In this document: piece by piece, positions 57,883 through 64,000 of the stretch
Numbering within the stretch: the first letter of the stretch is position 1
How the letters are laid out: the number at the start of each line of letters is the position of its first letter
Assembly (NCBI GenBank): GCA_900696625.1
Contig: CAADGU010000415.1
Coordinates: forward strand, 3,875-67,874
DNA: 64,000 nt
From: an uncultured Chloroflexota bacterium
GTDB taxonomy: Bacteria; Chloroflexota; Anaerolineae; Promineifilales; Promineifilaceae
Direction: 5' to 3'
Notes under the pieces: generated by a model
Seen by the model: the letters and a program-made list of their open reading frames with translations, nothing else
Database searches by the model: none
Told to the model about the DNA's origin: nothing
Translations under genes and position numbers: made by a program

Positions 57883-59823
57883 CTACCCCGGCAAATTTTC
57901 AATCTCTACCGGCTTCACCGGGTCAGCCAGGGTAAAACCAAACACCCGGCTGTAAAAATAAAGTTCACTATCCAGCGCCCGTTTGATGTTATCGGCGCGG
58001 CGGAAGCCGTGCTGCTCCCCGGCAAAGGGTACATAAGCTACCGGCAGCCCCTTCGCTTTGACCGCCGCAAACATCATCTCCGCCTGGTTGGGTGGCACCA
58101 CCAAATCTTCCAAGCCCTGGAATAAAATGAGGGCGCAGTTGATCCGGTCAATAAAGTGAATGGGCGACCGCTGCACATAAATCTCTTTGCCCTCCGGGTA
58201 AGGGGCGATGAGGGTGTCCAGGTAACGGGATTCAAATTTGTGGGTTTCCACGGCCATCGCTTCCAGGTCGCTGATGCCGTAATGGCTGGCCCCGGCGGTA
58301 AACGTATCGTCAAAGGTGATGGCACAGAGGGTGGTGTAACCGCCGGCGCTGCCGCCACGAATGGCTAAGCGGCGTTCGTCGGCCAATCCTTGCGCCACCA
58401 GATAACGGGCGGCATTGGCGCAATCTTGCACATCCACCACACCCCAGGTTCCGTTCAGGCGCTGGCGGTATGCACGGCCGTAACCCGTGCTGCCTCCATA
58501 ATTCACATCCACCACCGCAAAACCCCGGCTGGTAAAGTATTGAATGCCCAGATTCAGCGTGGCATTGGCGGCGCTGGTAGGGCCGCCGTGGCTCAGCGTC
58601 AGCAGCGGCGGCTTATCGCCAGCGGGCGCGGTGAAATCCCGGTTCTGCGGCGGGTAATAAATGGCGTGCGCCGTCAGGCCGTTGGCGGTGGGGAATTCAA
58701 TGGCTTGTGGCGTAGACAGATACGCGGCGTCTACGGTCAACTGGGTAGATTGCTTGAGTACCTGCCACTGCCCGGTATGCAAGTCTAACCGGATGATGGA
58801 CGACGGCCGTGTGGCCGCCCCACCGGAAAAGGCGACAAATCCCGGCCCCACCTGCACCGAGCCAATGGAAGTAAAGGGCAAGTCAAAATCTGTCAGTTGG
58901 CCGCTGTTCACATCCAGCCGCGCCAGCCGCCACACCCCATTTTGGGTATAGGCGCAAATGATGGTGTGGGCGTCGGCAAACCCATAGGTGGACATGCGGA
59001 AAACCCACTGCGGCAGGCCAAATTCGGCATCCATGGGGCAAATGGCTTCCACCTGCCCCCCGCGCCAGCGGTACAAATTCCACCAATTGCTGCGGTCAGA
59101 CACAAAGTACAATGTGCCATCCGGCGACCAGCGAGGCTGGAAGACGGATTCATCTGGGCCACCGGCAATCAGGGCGAGATTGTGTACGGCCGTGCCTGTT
59201 TCATCCAGTTCCGCCAGCCATAGTTCCGTGCCATCCCAGGGCATGTTAGGGTGCCGCCACGTCAGCCAGGCCAGTTGACGGCCGTCGGGGCTGAGGCTGG
59301 GCGACGCATAAAAATCATTGCCCGCCGCCAGCGTCTCGCCAATTTCATTACTGCCATCCAGGTTCAGGCTCACCAACGAATTAACCGCTTCCTCGCCCTG
59401 CGTCAGGTGCGCCTCGCGGATGCAGACCATGCGCCCGCGGCGGGCGTCTACCACGCCATCAGCAAAACAGAGCTTTTCATTGGCCGTCAACGGTTCTGGT
59501 TCGGCGTAGGGATATTGCACATACACGCGCTGGTCCACAAAATTGCTGAAGTAAACGGCCTCATCATGGATGGTAAATGAGCCGCCGCCATATTCGTGAA
59601 CACGGGTGCGCACGTTAAAACCGGCGGCGCTCATCTCTTCAATGCCGCCGGTTGGCGTCCACTTCACCAGGGCGTTACGGCCGTTTTCTGAGGGCCGCAT
59701 TTCCAGCCAATAAATCGCTTCACCATCTAATTGAATTTCACCCAGTCCAATCGAACCAGCCACGATTAAACTAGAGGTAATCGGAGATTTCCACGAACCA
59801 TAAGGAGCAATTTCACCATTCAT
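57883..59823 (-). CDS. S9 family peptidase (prolyl oligopeptidase-like)
   Basis: APYGSWKSPI, HGGPT, GGSAGG, QGLED, EQHGF. Confidence 0.92.
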   Translation of the reverse strand: MNGEIAPYGSWKSPITSSLIVAGSIGLGEIQLDGEAIYWLEMRPSENGRNALVKWTPTGGIEEMSAAGFNVRTRVHEYGGGSFTIHDEAVYFSNFVDQRVYVQYPYAEPEPLTANEKLCFADGVVDARRGRMVCIREAHLTQGEEAVNSLVSLNLDGSNEIGETLAAGNDFYASPSLSPDGRQLAWLTWRHPNMPWDGTELWLAELDETGTAVHNLALIAGGPDESVFQPRWSPDGTLYFVSDRSNWWNLYRWRGGQVEAICPMDAEFGLPQWVFRMSTYGFADAHTIICAYTQNGVWRLARLDVNSGQLTDFDLPFTSIGSVQVGPGFVAFSGGAATRPSSIIRLDLHTGQWQVLKQSTQLTVDAAYLSTPQAIEFPTANGLTAHAIYYPPQNRDFTAPAGDKPPLLTLSHGGPTSAANATLNLGIQYFTSRGFAVVDVNYGGSTGYGRAYRQRLNGTWGVVDVQDCANAARYLVAQGLADERRLAIRGGSAGGYTTLCAITFDDTFTAGASHYGISDLEAMAVETHKFESRYLDTLIAPYPEGKEIYVQRSPIHFIDRINCALILFQGLEDLVVPPNQAEMMFAAVKAKGLPVAYVPFAGEQHGFRRADNIKRALDSELYFYSRVFGFTLADPVKPVEIENLPG

Positions 59824-59997
59824 AGGTCTAAATGATAATCGGCATTGGGCATTTCGCCAACAGTAGGGCAAGGCAAGTGGGCATAATCTTGTCTGGCGAG
59901 ACAAATCTACCTTTACCCTTACAATCGTGATACCTGTCACTTGCACACTTGCCTACTTTATCTTTATACTCCTGTAACGTCGTCACAGGAGGAATGG

Positions 59998-60672
59998 ATG
60001 AACGACTTCACTTTAAGCCCCCCACCGATGCCAACACCGGGCAGCGCCGCCTATGTGGTGGTAGAGCGGGGACCAGCACCAGACACACGATATGACATCA
60101 CGGCCGTTACCAACACCATCGGCCGTTCTCCCCAAAACGAGATTGTGATCAATGACCCGGAGATGTCACGGCGGCACGCCCAGATTGTGCAGCAGGGCGA
60201 CCATTTTGTCGTGTCTGACCTGGGCAGCACCAACGGCACCTTTGTCAACGGCCAACGCTGCACCGGGGCTACCTCCTTGCGTCATGGCGACCGGATCGAG
60301 TTTGGTGATACCGTCAGTCTGCTTTTTTACCAGACGGCCGTGCCCTACCAGACCATGCCCTCCCCCCCGGTTCACCTGGAAGACGAAGACACGGCCGATC
60401 TGCCGCCGGTGAAACCACCACCCCGGCCCCCCGTCGCCGTCCCTTATGCCCAAGACCAGTATCTGCCCGCCGACGCGGAACAACCGGCCGGCCGCAGCAA
60501 CCGGCTGGCGCTAGGTTGTGTGCTGGCGCTGGTGCTGCTCACCTGCTGCTGCGGCATCATGCTCGTGGTGTTAGACAGTTACCAACAGGGGCAATACCTG
60601 TACTGTGGCGGTTTACGGCCGTTGTGGGAATTGGTGTTAGGGCCTCTGGGGTTTAATCCGTTGTGCCCGTAA
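59998..60672 (+). CDS. FHA-domain membrane protein
   Basis: IGR...SRRHA...DLGSTNGTFVNG; C-terminal TM. Confidence 0.9.
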   Translation: MNDFTLSPPPMPTPGSAAYVVVERGPAPDTRYDITAVTNTIGRSPQNEIVINDPEMSRRHAQIVQQGDHFVVSDLGSTNGTFVNGQRCTGATSLRHGDRIEFGDTVSLLFYQTAVPYQTMPSPPVHLEDEDTADLPPVKPPPRPPVAVPYAQDQYLPADAEQPAGRSNRLALGCVLALVLLTCCCGIMLVVLDSYQQGQYLYCGGLRPLWELVLGPLGFNPLCP

Positions 60673-60748
60673 GCCGTGATCGGCTTACGGCTTTCGGCTT
60701 ACGTCTTGTTTTTTTATCACACCTTTGTTGTGAAAAAGGAGAATAAAA

Positions 60749-62305
60749 ATGGACAGATTTCAAGATTTCCTCGTGGACACACTGGGTAACAGCCTGCTTA
60801 ACTTGTTAGCAGCGTTAGTTATCCTCGTTGTTGGTTATGTGGTGGCGCGGCTGGTGGCAGGGCTGCTGCGCCGCCTGTTGCAGCGCGTTCGGCTCAATGA
60901 ACGGGTTGCCACCCGGTTCAGCAAAGACTTTGGCCTGCCCGAAGTCAATTTAGAAAGCCTGATTGCCACCATTGTCTTTTGGTTACTGCTCATCTTTGTG
61001 TTCGTGGCTGTGGTGGAACGGCTGAACCTGGTCATTGTAGCCCAGGCCATTGGGCCACTGCTGACCAGTATTACCAGTGATTTCCTGCCGGGTCTCGTTT
61101 CGGCGCTGCTGCTGCTCCTGTTAGCCTGGGTACTGGCAGTCATTTTCAAGGCGATTGTGATCAAAGTCTGCGCCGTGGCCAAACTGGATGAGCGCATGAC
61201 CAAACATGGGGCGCTGCGCGAAGGGGAACAGGTCTCCATTAGCGAATCGCTGGGCGTGACCGTCTTCTGGCTCATCATCCTGCTGTTTATCCCGGCGATA
61301 TTGGATTCGTTGGGGATCACGGCCGTGTCGCAACCCTTTCAGCAGGCCACCGCTGCCTTCTTCACCTATTTGCCTAACATCGTCTCCGCCATCGTCATCT
61401 TTGTGGTGGGCTGGCTGCTGGCGCGGGTGCTGCGCCAGCTTGTCACCAGCCTGCTGGCGGCCATCCGCGTGGTAGACAGCCTGGGTGAACGGGTAGGGCT
61501 GCGCGGCGAACAATCACTTTCCCGGCTGCTGGGCACCATCACCTACGCCATCGTCATGCTCATCATCCTCATTGCCGCTCTGGATGCACTCAACATTGCC
61601 GCTATTTCGGTACCAGCTATCTCCATGCTCACCATCATCCTGACGGCCATCCCCTCCTTCATCGGCGCCGTGCTGGTGTTGGTTATTGCCTACTTCATTG
61701 CCCGGCTGGTGATGGGCCTGGTGGTGGATGTACTCAGCGGGATCGGGTTTGACAGATGGCCGGCCTCCCTGGGCATCAACTACACCGGTACACGCACTCC
61801 CTCCCAACTGGTAGGCTACCTGCTGTTGGTGGGCATCATGCTCTTGGCCGCCGTAGCTGCCGCCGATTTACTCAATTCAGCGGCGCTATCGCTCATTTTG
61901 ACCACCATGGTAGATTTCTTCTTCCGGGTGGTGCTGGCGCTGGTGATCATTGCCTTTGGCCTCTATTTTGCCAATCTGGCGCAAAGTGTAGTCGCTGGTG
62001 CAGGTGGGGCCAACGGCCGTGTCTGGGGCATAGCCGCCCGCATTGCCATCCTCATTCTGGCCATCGCCATGGCGTTGCGCCAGCTGGGGCTGGCCGACGA
62101 TATTGTCAATCTGGCCTTTGGCCTGATTCTAGGGGCCATTGCCCTGGCTGCCGCCCTGGCCTTTGGCCTGGGTGGGCGTGAAGTCGCCGGGCGGGAACTC
62201 AACCGTATGGTTGGCCGGATGCGGTCGGAGGAAGTGCAAACAATCCTCACCCCACCCTCTCCCTGGCAGGAAGAAGGCATGGATCCCTCCTCCCTTGAAA
62301 GGTGA
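60749..62305 (+). CDS. TM-helix repeat protein (CmpX / mechanosensitive-channel associated)
   Basis: Repeated YLPNIVSAIVI..GW..A units; ALAFGLGGRE. Confidence 0.8.
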   Translation: MDRFQDFLVDTLGNSLLNLLAALVILVVGYVVARLVAGLLRRLLQRVRLNERVATRFSKDFGLPEVNLESLIATIVFWLLLIFVFVAVVERLNLVIVAQAIGPLLTSITSDFLPGLVSALLLLLLAWVLAVIFKAIVIKVCAVAKLDERMTKHGALREGEQVSISESLGVTVFWLIILLFIPAILDSLGITAVSQPFQQATAAFFTYLPNIVSAIVIFVVGWLLARVLRQLVTSLLAAIRVVDSLGERVGLRGEQSLSRLLGTITYAIVMLIILIAALDALNIAAISVPAISMLTIILTAIPSFIGAVLVLVIAYFIARLVMGLVVDVLSGIGFDRWPASLGINYTGTRTPSQLVGYLLLVGIMLLAAVAAADLLNSAALSLILTTMVDFFFRVVLALVIIAFGLYFANLAQSVVAGAGGANGRVWGIAARIAILILAIAMALRQLGLADDIVNLAFGLILGAIALAAALAFGLGGREVAGRELNRMVGRMRSEEVQTILTPPSPWQEEGMDPSSLER

Positions 62306-62324
62306 GAGGCAGGGTTGGCGTTCA

Positions 62325-63830
62325 TTACTCTCCCGCCAACCACCGGCTGAAAAAGGCAGCCAGCGATTTGCTGGCTGCCGCTTCCATTACCGCGATGAAT
62401 TCTTCATCGCTGGCTGTGCCGTGGGCGTATTGCTGGAAATAGGTTTTCAGACCGGCAAAAAAGGCGTCATCGCCCATTTCCTGGCGTAGTTCATGCACCA
62501 TGAGTGCGCCGCCAATGTAGGTGTAGGCGCTGAATAGTTCGGCGGGTGGTGGGTTGCGTAATGGTTTACCCAATTCGTCGTTGTCTTCCAAAAAGGCGCG
62601 GATGCCTTCCATTTGCAGTTCCAGCCCTTCGGGGTCGTCACGGTTTTCCCACATAAAGGAGATGTAGGTGGCAAAGCCTTCGTTGCGCCACATTTCGCCC
62701 CAGGAATCCAGGCTGACCCAATCGCCAAACCACATATGCGCCAGTTCGTGGACGGCAACGTTCTCATCAAACATGCCCGTAGACAACAGCACCATCGTCT
62801 GCGTCTCTAGCGAGACGCCCGGCGCGTGAACGGAGACGAAGCCAAATTCCTCATATGGGTAGACGCCAAACAGGTCGCTCATCCAGTCAATGGCTTCGCC
62901 GGTAGCCGTCGTAGCCCGCTCAAATGGGGGTTGGCTCATGGGGAAGACATAATCACGCAGGGGGACGCCGGCCGGGGATTGAGAATCCAGCCGCACATAT
63001 TCGCCAACGGCAATGGTCGCCAGGTAGGAAGCCATGGGATAGTTGTGTTCCCAGATGAAGGTGTTGTTTTCTTGGGCAATGAGACGGCCGTTGGCCACGG
63101 CCGTTAACCCCTCTGGCACGGTAATCTCAAAACGGTACGTTGCCTTGTCACGCGGGTGGTCATTGTTGGGGAACCAGTAACGCGCCCCATCTGGCTCCGA
63201 CAGCACGTAAATGGTGTTTTCCCGCGCATAAAACAACCCCAGCCAACTGGCAAAACCAACATAGGGCGAACGCGCCTGCTCGGCTTTACCCTGGTAGCGG
63301 ATGGTCAACTGAAACTGTTCTTCGGAAGCCAACGGTTCGGGCAGCGTGATGACCAATTTGCCCTCTTCGCGGCGAAAATTAGCAGGCTGCCCATTCACCA
63401 GCAGTTCGTCAATCTCAAAGCCGATAAAGTCCAGCGACATCTCCCCCAGATTGTCCAGCGCCGCCACCGCCTCAATGGTGGCGACGCCAGCGAGTTCATA
63501 CGGTTGGGCTGGGTCCAGATTGACCTGAATGGTGTAGTGCAGTACATCATAACCCGTGTTGCCCAGTTCCGGCGCATACGGGTCGCCGATGGTGCGCTCC
63601 CCGGCGACCATATCGGTGGTCACGGCCGTGCCCGGGGACACGCCGGCGCTGAGAGCAGACGAAGTGGCCGTGTGAGTGGGTGCAGCCGTGACTGTCGGCG
63701 TCGCCAGCGTTGCCGGATCAGCTTCTACAATCGTCCTATCCACCAGGCCACAGCCCAGCACCAGTGATAGACCCAGCGCCAACCCTACCAGTTTAATGTT
63801 TGCCATAAGAGCCTCTCTTTTTGCTTGCAT
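62325..63830 (-). CDS. M1 family metalloaminopeptidase (lipoprotein)
   Basis: GNTGYDV..Y, DHPRDKATY, HELAHMWFGD...NEGFATY; lipobox VLGC. Confidence 0.92.
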   Translation of the reverse strand: MQAKREALMANIKLVGLALGLSLVLGCGLVDRTIVEADPATLATPTVTAAPTHTATSSALSAGVSPGTAVTTDMVAGERTIGDPYAPELGNTGYDVLHYTIQVNLDPAQPYELAGVATIEAVAALDNLGEMSLDFIGFEIDELLVNGQPANFRREEGKLVITLPEPLASEEQFQLTIRYQGKAEQARSPYVGFASWLGLFYARENTIYVLSEPDGARYWFPNNDHPRDKATYRFEITVPEGLTAVANGRLIAQENNTFIWEHNYPMASYLATIAVGEYVRLDSQSPAGVPLRDYVFPMSQPPFERATTATGEAIDWMSDLFGVYPYEEFGFVSVHAPGVSLETQTMVLLSTGMFDENVAVHELAHMWFGDWVSLDSWGEMWRNEGFATYISFMWENRDDPEGLELQMEGIRAFLEDNDELGKPLRNPPPAELFSAYTYIGGALMVHELRQEMGDDAFFAGLKTYFQQYAHGTASDEEFIAVMEAAASKSLAAFFSRWLAGE

Positions 63831-64000
63831 TTTTATTCTCCTCTCGCCATACTCACCCCAGTTTGAACCGTTTTACGCTATTAGACAAATAAAAGATGAG
63901 AGTGGGTGAGGCCAATCTCTTAATCTCCTAATCTCTCAATCTCAAATTTCCTCGGAGAACAACCCTTGACCGACAATCCCAAACTCCGCCCGCTCGACTA

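Overview
GC-rich bacterial chromosome segment; gene content and repeats suggest Chloroflexota (Anaerolineae/Promineifilaceae-like), which is an inference. Host housekeeping genes occupy 1-14.7 kb and 57.8-64 kb. Between them lies an apparently complete ~43-kb siphovirus-like prophage integrated into tRNA-Val(GAC), bounded by an exact 42-bp att duplication (14725-14766 and 57718-57759). It encodes an att-proximal integrase, a second tyrosine recombinase beside a GATC-rich palindrome array, an XRE repressor with divergent promoters, TerS/TerL, a DNA methyltransferase, head and tail modules, holin-like and LysM genes with no recognisable endolysin, and a leftward early operon headed by a replication initiator. 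The best candidate for an undescribed system is a structured RNA leader found in three copies (23881, 24877, 27959). Each copy has two GA-flanked mini-hairpins embedded in a covarying terminator/SD-sequestering stem. A small cysteine-free Com-like protein (27692-27898) is encoded directly upstream of the third copy. Together these suggest a Mu Com/mom-like RNA-switch regulon controlling the methyltransferase and the capsid operon. The octamer ACGGCCGT is also heavily over-represented across the window. All functional calls come from motif recognition and gene order; no database searches were run.
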